Assembly: GCF_016433145.1 (NCBI RefSeq)
Contig: NC_058135.1
Span: 42,711,099-42,775,098, forward strand
Origin: Gracilinanus agilis
Lineage: Eukaryota
Direction of reading: 5' to 3'
Length of the DNA stretch: 64,000 nt
The notes beneath the pieces were generated by a model. It did not search any database, was not told where the DNA came from, and was given only the letters and a program-made list of their open reading frames with translations. Both the position numbers and the translations under genes were made by a program. This document shows, piece after piece, positions 37,991 through 51,350 of the stretch. Positions within the stretch are counted from its first letter, which is position 1; each line of letters starts with the position of its first letter.

Positions 37991-38102
37991 CTCTTTGTGT
38001 TCATCGATGCTTTCATAATCCACTTATTAGCAAGAGGATCAAACATCTCCATGCTGCCCAAATGTTCATTTCCATCATGTCCACCAACTGCATAGACTTT
38101 TC
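37991..38102 (-). CDS. KLHL8: KLHL8 coding exon 5 (Kelch 2)
   Basis: Acceptor gtcttaatag|; KVYAVGGHDGNEHLGSMEMFDPLANKWIMKASMNTK(R); donor GAG|GTAGGT; 112 nt. Confidence 0.97.
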
Positions 38103-39155
38103 CTATTAAGACAGAAATAGATTTCTTTGTGTTAATGAATTAATTTAACAAATGAGTTTTTATTTAACATTCTTAACACCAAAAAGTTACCCAAAACAGT
38201 GATACAAATATTTTTAACAACTGATAGCCTAATTTTATCAGTGATATTAGATTGTTAAGTACTAATGCAATATTATTCTATTAAAACTTGGAGCATTTTC
38301 ACTTGCTGTCCTCCCTACCTGGTAATCTCTTTCCTTATCTTTCCAGTTCTTGATTTTCATCAAAGATCAGCTAAAATCTAATCTAAAAGAAGCTTTTCCA
38401 GCTTTCCTCAGCCTCAGTACCTTTCTTCTGAGATTACTCCCGGTGTACCCTGTACATAGCTTGTCAGACTAGATTTGCATGTCTTCACTATCACACTTGA
38501 GAGCAGGGACCTATTTTTGCCTTTCTTTGTATGCCTAGCACTTACCACAGTGCCTTGCACATAGTAGGTGCTTAATAAAGTCTAGCTGACTGACTGTGAA
38601 ATGAATAGACCATGTTGATTTACAGAAAAATATCAAAAAATGACCTATAATTTCTCCTTTTGTTACAATTCGGAAGAATAGGCAATTCTGAAGAAAATTG
38701 TTAGCAACCAGAAAAAACCCTCCTCTTAATCTTTGATAGAATACAGAAAAAGACACATTCACTACTCAAGTCTGATGTGTATTTATATTTAATGTTTTCT
38801 AGGATCTATAAATAAACCAGAAGTATTTTAATTTAATTTTTAACTTAAGAATTGGCCTCATTTTTAGTCTAAAATACATCTCTGTACTATGGCTCTAATA
38901 ACTAACTTTACTGAATATACACAGAGCACCTGGTAGCTCAAAGCACAATAATTTTTCATACTGATGAAGCTACCAGTTAGAAATATTTACTGAGAAACAT
39001 CTAGGAATTACATATATGCATATTCATATGGGTATACATATATGTGCACACATAAAACATATGTTGTATACCTATATACATGTATATAGCTGTCATTTTA
39101 TATATCAAGGTAGGATATAATAATGGAAAATTCTGATTTAAGCAATGTTACCAAC

Positions 39156-39299
39156 CTCCAACTGATATTACGCCCACATGTCGCCTCCGACTGTTCATTT
39201 CAGGTCCAAAGAACCAACTATTTTTGTTTATTGAATAGCATTCAATACTTCGAAATGGGTCACCTGATCCACCTCGACCACCTACACAGAAAAGCACAC
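39156..39299 (-). CDS. KLHL8: KLHL8 coding exon 4 (Kelch 1)
   Basis: Acceptor ctcctctttcag|; VLFCVGGRGGSGDPFRSIECYSINKNSWFFGPEMNSRRRHVGVISVG(G); donor GAG|GTTGGT; 144 nt. Not shown in the ORF track. Confidence 0.96.
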
Positions 39300-40471
39300 C
39301 TGAAAGAGGAGATAGTTTAGTCATAGAATTGCCAAATAAGATAGAAACAAGTAAGGAAAGAGAAGTTAAAAAAATCTACGTCTGATAGAATGAAGCTTCC
39401 AGAAAATTATGAGAAAAAAAGAATTTTCAGAATGCATTGAGTATAGTCAAATTTGTAAAGCAAATGAAAAAACAATCAGATTATTCTGGGCCTGAGTTAC
39501 CACTTCCATTTAGACATCTAATTACAAGAATAAAACTAAGGATTTTATCAGCAAAGTATTATTTCCTCAGAGGGAAGTCAGTATTTTTAGCTATTTGGAT
39601 CATCTTATCAGGCAGTAACTTTCATTCAAAAGAACCTACACTAAAAAAAATATCCTTTACTACTTAGCAAAAGTGATAGTATGCAATTTTTGGAGGCAAT
39701 TGACAGTTCTTATCCATCCTAATTTCAAACGGGAGAGTTTTAAAAAAATAATACTTTGAGAGGAATGATGGCTATTTATAGAAGACTACTGATTTTATAT
39801 TTTCTTTACCAATATTTTTTATAAATTATGTTTAACTGAAACATTTTCAAAATGGTCATTCCATTAGTTTGTTTTTAAATTCCCATTTTAAGTGATACCT
39901 AATGTAAGTAAAGCTTTTAATATTTTTTTATAATCTAGAAGACTAGATTTGCAGTGATCTAAACTTTACCCATAGAAATGACAGATTTAAAGTTTGAAAG
40001 ATCTGTGGAACTCATCTAACCCAACCCCCTCAAACTTTATGAATGTTGAAACAGAAACACAAAGATATGATGTGAGTTTCCTAGATCACACAACTGGTAA
40101 ATTGAACATCTAGGACACAGATCCAGATCCCCTGAGACTCCCTAAACTCGAGGGGGGATGGGAGCTCTCCCAATTCTGTCTACTCCTCTTTAGAACACCT
40201 GCTGCCTTTATGTCTCAAGCTCCACATTCTAACTTTTTGTTCAACTGATAGAAGAATTCTCAGGAAAATTCAATCTAAGCCTTGTATAGAGAAGGAGGAT
40301 GATACGGTGAATATTTATATAAATATTTAGACATACTTAGTGGTGCTTGGATTAGGAAAATTTGTTCCAAATCATTTTGCAGAAAATTTAACACTACCAG
40401 CCCCGAAGTACATCAATGGCAATCACAGCCCTTCCATCAGCATTTGTTGATGTAAAGGGAAATTCAATTAC

Positions 40472-40658
40472 CAGCAGTCTGCTTCCTTGGAGTGGTTCGA
40501 ATGGAGTACTCAAAGTCAGGCACTGCCCTGCTGCTCAAGTGAAGGTGGTAATTTCTTGCTTCATCGAGTAAATCCCTACATTTTAGATTTTGCTTGACAA
40601 TTTCTTCTTTTGCCACAACACCCATAAGAAAATCAATGGGCAACAATGGTAGTCGAAC
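40472..40658 (-). CDS. KLHL8: KLHL8 coding exon 3
   Basis: Acceptor catcag|; VRLPLLPIDFLMGVVAKEEIVKQNLKCRDLLDEARNYHLHLSSRAVPDFEYSIRTTPRKQTA(G); donor CTG|GTAATT; 187 nt. Confidence 0.97.
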
Positions 40659-43521
40659 CTGATGGAATTGTGAATAGTTGTAGGTATTAAGTTGTCAAAC
40701 TGATGTCAAATCCTAATTGGATAGTTGCTTCTACCTCAGAGTACCACCATTAATCGCAATACTGAACCTACCTCCCTTCCCCACTCCACTCAGACCCTGG
40801 AACTATCTAGCCTGCTGCCATTATTCCCTGAAATCTTTGAGGCCTTGCTCTCTGCTCCTGCCTGAACCCAGTATCACCTGGCCTTTCCATTTATTATGAA
40901 ACAGAACCCTCTCTTTAGGCATTATCTCATCCAATTAGAATGGGAGCTCCTTGAGAGCAATCTCTATTTGTAACTCTATGTTTAGTACAGAGTGAACTAT
41001 AAATATATGCCTTTCCATTTGTGGTAGATGGAAACTGTATCACTTATTTTTTATGCCTAAGGTTGGGTCTCCTTGAGTCAAGTTGTCTGATAGAGTTTAT
41101 ATCCCTTCTTAAAACCTGAATTTAAAGTTGTTAGACCAATTGAAAATTTAAATCTTGCTTTTTCCTTCTGCAAATTTATCTTAACTTAGTAAACATTTAT
41201 TGAGTACCTATACTGTTCTATAAGCCAAAAGTTAATACTCAAAGATAATTAAGACATGGTCTCTACCCTTGAGGGGCTTGTCAGCTGGAGTGGGTGGGAA
41301 TAGGTGGAGATAAGTTTGATTGATAGATAGACAGACAGACAGATAGATAGGTAGATATAAGATAAAAGTGAAGATGCTTTTTTAAAAAGTGCTATGGAAG
41401 AGAGGATAGAAGTCACTTTTTTCACCTGAAGAGATGCACATAAATAAGGGAAAGTCACAGGCATGCACCAGTGTATGAAGAGGATTGCAGAGGCTGAGTG
41501 GTAGCCAATTAAGTAGCAAAGACATATGGAATAGGTGGTACTGCCACTTCCCAAAGACCACCTGATTAACTGCTGTGCTTTATTGGTAGTTTTTGTTTGT
41601 TTGTTCAGGTAAAAGTTTAAATGAGTAGAAGGTAAACATCTCTCAAACAGGGACAATCTCACTTTTCTATTTGTATCTCCTGCCTCCTTTGGCACAAATT
41701 TTTCCTGATCTCACTTCAAATGCTAATTCTCTCCTCCCTGGCTGCCTTGCATAAATTAGATATATATATATATTTATACAGTGCTACTGAAAAACACACA
41801 CACATCTATATTTATGTATCTTCATAAGTTTTCTCCTCCTATTTCTTTGAAAGCAGGAATTATATCTCATTTTGTCTTGATATCCTAGTGCCTAGCATAT
41901 GGGTACTTAAAAGACTGCTAAATAACATACAGCAGGCAGCTAATAAAAGCTTACTGATAGATTTATTGCTATTAATGTGAACATGAAACAACAAAACTAG
42001 TTTTTAAATCAACAAAACGGGAATTATAACAAAGAATATTTCCATTCAAAGTTGCCATACTGAAGGCTATATACTTATTCCTACCATTTGCTCAAAACAC
42101 CTCTGGAATGTTTTCCAGATGTGGATTAATTTTATCACCTATGCATATCCTTGTAAATATTCTTAGTTGTGGCAAATCTTTTTCTTTTTAAGACAGAATT
42201 GTTTTTGAGAAATAGCAAAAAGACATTAATGAATAAAAGGGGAAAGGGGAGGGTTAAATACTTATATAATACTACATATTACATTACACAGAGGCACTGT
42301 GCCTTAAGCACTTTAAAGATATTATCTGGCCTGAACCTCACAATAATCCTTCGAGGCAGGTGCTGTTATTTTTCAGTTTGAAGTATCTGAGGCAAACAGA
42401 GGTTAAGTGACCGATTAAGTGATTGTGGCCAAATTTGGACTCAGGTTTTAAATATAAGAATAAGATAGAAGACTGGACTAGGGGATGCCATGCTTAATGC
42501 AAACAACAGTGACCAAAAAAGAAACTACTTTTCTTGAGCAGGTTGTCCAGTGACAATGACAATTCCAAAATAAGAGATCCAGAAAATGTTTTAAGCATTG
42601 GGGGTTTAACTACATACCTTTCCTTCTAAAATTACTAATTCATAGAATACGTTTTACTTGAATGTTTTAAAATTAGTTCACAGTTTAAAAAAATAAATAG
42701 TAACAAAAATTTTTGTCTGCCCATCTACAAACTAAATATATCTTTCAAAAGTTCATAAAGACTATACATCTCCTTCCACTGGCATTTAAAAGCCCTTTGA
42801 AAAATGTCATCTTGTACGAGAGAAATGGTATCCTAGAAAAGAATTATCATTAGTATGCTAGCTAAATGCTTCTACTAAGAGCTCAAATGCTTAGGTGTGA
42901 TGAGTGGTGCTTTAACACCACTTTAAAAACATGCTGTAAAGTAGAATTTCTTATCTTACTAGGATCAACCAGAATTTTTTGTTGAGCAAAGCAATTCACA
43001 AAGATTTAGAAATTGAAATCATTCTAACTATGCTATAGATCTATTTACTCAGAAAAGATTTGTGTTTTGTTATTTTAAATGGTTTTTATGTATTAATTCT
43101 TTTAATTGCATTCATTTCTGTGTAGATTCAATCTTCTAGACCTCTAGGTTTTCATTCAAAACAATAGGCTTTTTTTTTCATATTAAAAGCTAAAAAAGTA
43201 GAAGAGCCATTACATTTAGATTTTTAAAAATTAATGGCTAGATTTCTAGTCCTAGGCTTACAAGAACAGACCTCCATTTACAAGTGTATATTAATTAGTA
43301 ATAGCCACAGATGACGTGGACAGAGATCCAATTTGTTGTAACATTTAGCAGTACACTAAATACTGCTAGTCAAAACCTTTTAAAGCATTACTCTCTATCA
43401 GTGACTATTAATATTTCCTCTCATAACATATTTTCCCCCACTAGAGTAAATACACAGCTATACTTTCATAATGTTCCTACTTCTTCCTTCAATATAATCA
43501 CATATTTCCATTTTATCCTAC

Positions 43522-44070
43522 CTGAGAAAGTATTTCATCCAACCACATCGCATGATGCTGAGGATTGGCAAGAAGCCATTTGATGGCGGCACGGTAGACC
43601 TGCTTTTCATTCTCAATGTTTAGATCACTGGAGGACAAAAGCTTATAAAGATGTTGGGGTGAGACACTCACGAAATCTTCACACTCCACTACTTCAGCAA
43701 AATGTTCACAGGCATATCGGTCTGCCATGTCCATTAAGTCAATGCGGTTGTGACTCTCTGCAAAAGCTCGAACTGCCAAGCAATTGGAAGGGTGAAAATG
43801 TAGCTTCATATATTCACAACAAGCTCTAGCCACCAGCTCTACCTGTAGAATACAGGCTGCATACAAGAGAGGCTGGACATTGTCAACTGTCAAAGTGAGC
43901 CGGGAAGAATAAACAAACTTCACCAAGTCTTCTATTGCATCACCATCAAAATCTCTGATCTCGATGAGTGACTGGTTGGATTCAGCCATTTCAGAAAGAA
44001 ACATAGCTCTGAAGTAAGGAATAACACAAGCCAGTACCAGCTTATGGCAGGAAATTAGCTTTGAACCAAC
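43522..44070 (-). CDS. KLHL8: KLHL8 coding exon 2 (BTB and BACK)
   Basis: Acceptor ttttccaatag|; VGSKLISCHKLVLACVIPYFRAMFLSEMAES...WLDEILSQ; donor CAG|GTAGGA; 549 nt. Confidence 0.98.
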
Positions 44071-44156
44071 CTATTGGAAAAAAGGAAAAATTTTTTAAAA
44101 TAGCGTTAGTCTGGAACAAATGATGAATTTTGGGTATTTTTTTAAAGAGTAAATTA

Positions 44157-44647
44157 CAGTCATCCCTCACTATATCATGGTTCACTTATTGTGGCTTCAC
44201 TGTATTGAGGGTTTTTAAATATATATATATATATATATGTATACATATATATATATATATAATTCTGTATCAGAGTTTTTTCACTATATAATGGGACTTT
44301 GCGGATGAATACTGTACTATACACAATGGAAATGCAGTTTGCCACTACTGCTTGCACAATTTTGCCAATGTGAGATTGTACACAGCACACTATTGGCTAA
44401 AGAAATTAAAGGCAACTAACCACAGCGCTGTGTTCTGTATCCTGGGTGCTGATTGGCTCAGTGTGTATAAGACTGTGGGAAACATTAATAAGAATATGGA
44501 AAAGGTTTATAGGAGAGTGCGAAGGGTTTATAAAGCCTTTAAAAAAATATAAATAACAAAATAAATATAATGCCATTATTTTGCAGGTCCTTCACCTACC
44601 ATGGGGATCTCTAGAACATAACTCCTGTGATAGGTGAGGGATCATGG
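44157..44647. mobile_element. Tc1/mariner (Tigger/pogo-like) non-autonomous DNA transposon
   Basis: TA-flanked (44155-44156, 44648-44649) with imperfect TIRs CAGTCATCCCTCACTATATCA / TGATAGGTGAGGGATCATGG; internal (TA)n. Confidence 0.75.
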
Positions 44648-47369
44648 TATATGGTCCCTTACTTTAAAACTAAACCAACTGTAGACCAATTCTCACCCCA
44701 AACAAGTTTAGCCAGTTGATTTTTTAATTTAGAATGTAGCTGATCAGAGCAGAATACTTTCAAAGTTCAAAATCTTGGTAGCAAGAAATCAAGCAATTTT
44801 TTTATCTTAAATGATAAATCTACATTTCCAAATTGTTAATAAAACACAGTAAAAAAAGCTAAGTTCCCATTTAGAGAATAAATTTTACTTTTTAATTTAC
44901 ATATAAAAAACCCAAAATTGTGTGAATTTTTTTCTTCTTCTGGTTAGGCTGCTATGTAGTCCCCAAATATATTCATTTATAAAGTTATCTATTTCTTTCT
45001 CCTTGTGATTTATAACTATCATGTAATTTTTAAAATGACATAATTAAATGAGGGATTATTAAAGAATTTGAAGTTTGAAGAAAAATTGCATTCATTGTTT
45101 TATAAAATATTTCAATACATTTATGTGCTAGAATTTGGTCATTTCCCAGTTGATGGGCAGATTATTTTATTTTTCCTGGTGTTTGTTTTTCTTAGGGGAA
45201 TTTTTTATCACCACAAAAAGTGCTCCTATGAATTCTGGCATATGAGAGACCTTTCTATCTGACTTGTCTTGTATATTTGGCTAGCAGTGGAATCTTTGCA
45301 CTAAAGGGTATATAATAATCTCATAAATAGATCCTGCCATAACTGGAAAAACTAGAATTATAGGATGTTAGAGCTGGAAGGGACCTTACAGAGTAATCCA
45401 ATTCAGCTCCTTTGTTCCATAAGTGTAAACTGAGGCCCAGAAAGGTTATGAGGTCAAGGGTACTGCTTGTGCAATGTTTAGAAAGTAGACCTAAAATTAC
45501 TGCTCATTGTGAAAGAATAAAAACAAGTGGGAGCCTAATATCATTCACTATATTACATAATTACATAAACAAATATAAGATTATGTGTGTGATATCATAT
45601 TGCTTCCTAAGGGAACTGTGATATAATGGAATCCATAATGGAATATAAAATGGAATATATATGTGATATAATTGAATACAGAATGGATATAACTATTGCG
45701 AATCAGAGGTCAGATCCTAATTACAGCTCTTCCATGACCTATGTAATTTTAGTCAAGTCACTTCCCTTCTAAAGACCTCCGTTTCAGAGAAGAATCTGTA
45801 AAATGAAGGGGCTTGAGAAAAATGATTCCTAAGTATGGAACATGAAGGTATTTTGAAGTACCAGAGCATATCGTATTCTGGGCATATCATGAGGGCAAAC
45901 ATAAAAGCTCACGTATCCCCTCAAAAATGTTGTCCTGGAATAAGCAATAAGGAGAAATACTTATCAAAGGAAAGGAAAAATCTTCATCCCTTGATCTACT
46001 ACGCTTCTCTACATCTCCAAACCTGTTCAAAGATTGAAATGAATCCACTAGGGAAGTATACTTTTAGAGAGAAGATTAGTTTATTAGCATTAATCATTTT
46101 GCTTAAGAATTTTTTGACATTAGTCTTTAGATACTTTTAACTTACAATGTCCTTAGCATTTAGAAAGAGGCAGCATTACTTCCATGGCTCCAGTACCAGC
46201 CTTGAAGTCTGGAATGCCTGAATTCAAATTTTGCCTCTGACGTGTGCTCGTCCTCACATGAACGTGGGCAAGTCAATGAAGTAGAGAGCCTCAGGCAACT
46301 CTAATAAAGCTTAGTGCATAGGTAACCCTGTACTAAATTAAAGACATATTGTCATCTGTTGATGTGGAAAAAAATCAGATCTATGATGAATGTTTTAAAG
46401 TGAATGTCTACATATATCTATAATAAAAACAGTAAAGAAACCAAATTAAGCCAAAAAAAAAAAATCAGCAACTGTGATAAAAATATTTTAAGGAAATTCC
46501 TTAGGGAAAAAAAAGGCTTAAACTATTGACCTCCACAATTAAATATTATGTGCTGAAACCATTCTGTGGCTACTGTAGAATCCCAGTTGACCCACTATAT
46601 AGATCTCCTTTTAGCTATCAGCTAAATTTCATATTGGCTTCAGGCCTGAGTGTTCTGATTGCTAACCATTTCTCTCCTTTAATCCAGGCCTTAGGCCCTG
46701 AGGGCTTCGGTTTTGGCAACTGCAGAATCAGGCTCAGTGGATTGAGAGCCAAGACCAGAGAGGGGAGATCTTGTGTTCAAATCTAGCCTCAGGAACTTCC
46801 TGGCTTGTGGCACTGGGCAAGTCACTTAACCTTACAGCTCATCTGCCTTGGAACCAATACACAGCACTGATTCCAATATAGAAGATAAGGTTTTTTTTTA
46901 AAAAAAGATAAAGTGAATTTATTGTTGTTTAGATCATTTGGTCTTGGCAAAGATCCTGGAGCAGTTTGCAATTTCCTTCTCTAGCTCAACTGAAAGATGA
47001 GGAAACTGAGATAAACATGGTTAAGTAACTTGTGCACAGGGTCACATAGCTGGCTAAGTGTTTTAGGCCAAATTTGATCTTAGATCTTCCTGACTCCAGA
47101 GTATTCATTTGTGCCATCTAGCTGCCCCACAAGTGAAATGAGAACTTCATGATTTAAAACTAAAATAATAATTGTAATATAATTATAATAATGACAGGTT
47201 TACTCTTAGAACTAAGTAAGAGAATAGTAAATATTTTGAAATATAAGCTATCAAAAAATAAAACAAAAAAATAGCCAGACCGGGAAAACTGCATATAGAA
47301 AGACAATTTGAAAACAAAAAACCTGAATGACATATTTTAAAGAATCAAAATCAAAAACTTGATAAGTAG

Positions 47370-47576
47370 GGGGCAGCTGGGTAGCTCAGTGGATTGAGAG
47401 CCAAGCCTAGAGACGGGAGGTCCTAGGTTCAAATCCGGCCTCAGACACTTCCCAGCTGTGTGTCCCTGGGCAAGTCACTTGACCCCCATTGCCTACCCTT
47501 ACCACTCTTCCACCTATAAGTCAATACACAGAAGTTAAGGGTTTAAAATAATTAAAAAAAAAAAAAACAGTAAAAA
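47370..47576 (+). mobile_element. Young SINE1-type SINE
   Basis: Intact A box (TAGCTCAGTGG) and B box (GGTTCAAATCC); 17-bp TSD AAAAACTTGATAAGTAG at 47353-47369 and 47577-47593. Confidence 0.95.
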
Positions 47577-48729
47577 AAAAACTTGATAAGTAGTATTGGA
47601 ATCAAATTGCAAGGTGAAAACTCAGAAGCCATAGGTCATCAAAGAAACTCAAGTACCACCACCTATCTAACACACCTAGAAATATGTTTCAAGGTCTAAG
47701 TCTCAAAGAAATAATACTGCAAGTGGCCAGAAAGAGCTATCTTTTATAAAGGAACCATAACCACTTAGGATTATTCATCAAATATTCAAAATGAAACAAA
47801 AGAATAAAATGCAAAGGAAGGTAGCCTACATTAATAACTTATTCTGCAATCCTACATGGAAAAAATGGAAATTTAATAAAATTATGACTTCTAAACATTC
47901 CCGCTGTTAAAAATGAATGTAGTATAGTTTTCAAAAGACATATGCATTAGTACATTCAAGGACTGAGTGAAAATCAGACTTGGAATTAAGTCCCACCTCA
48001 GATGCTTACTAACTCTGCTTCTCTACTCAGCTTACTTTATCTCGAAGCTTCAGTTTCCTTATCTGTAAGATAGAGTTACATTGCCTAATGGAATTGTTAT
48101 GAAAACAAAATGAATATTGATAAAATCTTTTGCAAATCTTAACCTGTGATAGAAATGTTAGCATTATCATTATTTACATTTTAAAAGAAGGAAAAAGAGA
48201 CTGAATGGAATTCCATCACCTGAGAGTAACAAGCTATGCTCCCAAACTATTACACTATTCATAAAACCTTTGATCCAAGAACACTGTTACTAGGCCTCTA
48301 CTCCAAAGACACCAAAGAAAAAGGAAAAAGATCTACATTAAAAGCAATATTTATAGCAGTTCTTATGACAGTAAGGAACTGGAAATTGAGGGGATATTCA
48401 CCAGGTAGGGCAACATTGACCATGTTATGATATGTGAATGTGATGGAATACTATGAGAAATGAAGGAAATGGTTTGAAAATCTCTGGAAAGACTTACACA
48501 AACTGATATAAAGTGAAGTGAGTAGAACCAGAACAACTGACAGCAATACTGTAAAGACAAAAGACTTAATAATTCTGATCTACACAATAACTCCACAATT
48601 CCAAATTCTCCATGATGAAAAATGTCTTACCTCTCCAGAAGGAAAAGACAATTTAGAAGGTAGGCCAAAAAGGTCTGATTTCCCCAGGGTGAGGGTGGAG
48701 CCTGACCACTGGTCAGCAGGAGATTAGAA

Positions 48730-51350
48730 ACCTTTTAAGGACACTGAGCGTAAAATTCTGTGGCACTGCCCACATGCAGTTGTGAGTCACAGTCCCAGGG
48801 TAAGAAGGAGTACCGGCACACTAGAGTATGTGGCAGCAAGAGAATGGGGACCCTAGTTACAAATCTGGGGGGGGGGGGGAGAGAATAAGAGTTCTTGAGA
48901 TTACTCAGAGACCAGAGCACAGGCTTGGGGGAGGTGTGACCATACCTCTCCTTAGATCATATCACCTAGGAAAAACTGAAAACTTACAGACCTCCAGAAT
49001 GAACTCTGAAAACAGCAACACAAACACCCTGAAGCTTGGGACAATCCCCACTCTACCCTAGCAACCCAGCCCAACTTTAATATAAAGTTAAAAGACAAGA
49101 AATACTATAGTGAAATGAGCAAACAACAAAAAATAACCTGACTATAGAAAGTTACTAAGATGACAGGAAAGATCAACCATAATCTCAGAAGAAGACAAAA
49201 TCAAAAGCCCCCCTTCCAAAGAAAAATGTGAATTGGTCTCAGTCATAAAAGAATTCCTGGAAGAGCTCAAAAAATATTTTAAAAATCAAATAAGAGTGAC
49301 CTTGGGCAAGTCACTTGACCCCCATTGCCTACCCTTACCACTCTTCTGCCTTGGAGCCAATACACAGTATTGACTCCAAGACGGAAGGTTAAGGGTTTAA
49401 AAAAAAATCAAATAAGAGAGATAGCAGAAAAATTGGGAAAAGAAATAAGAGTGAGACTCAACACCTTGGTGGAGAAAACAAAAAAAAATACTAAATAACA
49501 TTTTTAAAAAACAAAATAGGTCGAATGGTAAAAGAGGCATAAAAACCCATTAGGGAGAAGAACTTCATAAAGAATAGAATTGCCCAGTGGAGAGGAAATT
49601 ACAAAAGCTTGCTAAAAGAGATGCCAAAATTCCAGAACTTCCAGGTCAAGCAGAAAATATTTCAAGAAGCCAGAAAAAAAACCATTCAGATATCATGAAG
49701 CCACTGTCAGAATAACACAGGATTTAGCAGCTTCTACATTAAAAGATTAGAGAGGCTATATTCCAGGAAGCAAAGAAGCTAGGATCATAATCAAGAATCA
49801 CCTGTACCTAGGAAAATTGAAATAATCCTTCAGAGGAAAAAAAAAAAGGAAATAGAATGAAATAGAATACTTGTAAAGTATTCCTTATGAGACTCAAGAG
49901 AAGCACAAAAAATTAAACAGGAAAGAGAAATCATAAAGTTAAACTGTGTTCCTACACAGGAGTATGATACTTGTAATTCCTAGAAGGCCAGAGAGTATGA
50001 GTTGACTATGATGGGATGATATTTAAAAGAATAAAATAGGGGGCCAGAAAGAGGGATGCACTGGGAGGAGGAGAAAGGAAGAGGGAGGATGGGGTAAATT
50101 ATCTCACAAAAAAGAGGTGTGCAAGGAAGAGCTTCTACCCTGGAATTACAGTAAGATGGTAGTGGACAATGCTTAATACTCTCATAGGAAAGAGTTCAAA
50201 GAGGGATAATAACACACACATTTGGCTGGGTACAGAAACCTATTTTATCCTACAGGGAAGTAAGGGAGGAAGTAGATAAGAGAAGGTGAGATCTGATGGT
50301 CAGAAGTGAACAATTTTGAGGAGGGACAAAGTGAAAGAAGAGGAGGATAAATTGGGGAAAAATAGGATGGGGGGAAATACACAATTATAATTGTGAACAC
50401 ATTTTAATGGCAAGTTTCTCTGATAAAGGCCTCATTTCTCAAACATATAGAGACCCGAGTCAAATTTATAAGTATATGTCATTCCCCAAATGATAAATGG
50501 TCAAAGGATAGAAACAGGCAGTTTTCAGATGAAGAAATCAAAGCTCTCTAGTCATAAGAAAATGCTCCAAAAACTATTGATTAGAGAAAAGCAAATTAAA
50601 ACACCTCTGAGGTACCACCTCATACTTATCAGATTGGCTAACATGTCAGAAAAGGAAAATCAAATATAGTAGAGGGGATGGGAGAAAATTGAGAAACTAA
50701 TGCATTGTTGGTAGAGTTGTGAATTGGTCCAACCATTCTGGAGAACAATTTGGAACTATGAAGAAAAAACTATAAAACTGTACAATTCTACTACATCTGT
50801 ATCTCCATTCTCCCCACCAAAAAAAAAAAAAAGAAAAGAAAAAGAAAAAGAGGAAATTGAGGGGATGTCCATCAATTAAGGAATGTCTGAATAAATTATA
50901 GTTTATGATTGTAATGGAGTACTATAAAAAATGACAAGCAGGATGATTTCAGAAAAAAATCTAGAAAGATTTACATGAATTGATGCAAACTGAAGTGAGC
51001 AGAACCAGGAGAACATATGCATAGTAACAGCAATATTGGACAAGGATTGATTATGAATGACTTGCCTACTGTCCAGCAATAATTTTACCTACTGTCCAGC
51101 AATAAATGATTCAAGACAATCCTGAAGGACACATGATGAAAAATGCCATCCTTATAGAAAAAGAATTGGTGGAATCTGAATGTGGAACAAAGCATACTTT
51201 TTCATTTTGTGTGATAATACATGTATAAACCAGACTGAATTGCTTGTCAGCTCCAGAAGTGGGAAAGGAAGAAGGGAGGGAGACAATATCAATCGTGACT
51301 TTGGAAAACTTATGTGGAAATCTGATATTAAAATTAAAATTTAATAAAGA
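48730..51350 (+). mobile_element. Old L1-derived element (5'UTR, decayed ORF1, ORF2 C-terminal part, 3'UTR)
   Basis: ORF1-like start gaaatgagcaaacaacaaaaa at ~49113. ORF2 3' sequence (gcaagtttctctgataaagg...) from ~50411. Boundaries approximate. Confidence 0.65.
49297..49402 (+). mobile_element. 5'-truncated SINE1-type SINE nested in L1 ORF1
   Basis: 16-bp TSD AAAAATCAAATAAGAG at 49281-49296 and 49403-49418. Confidence 0.88.
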
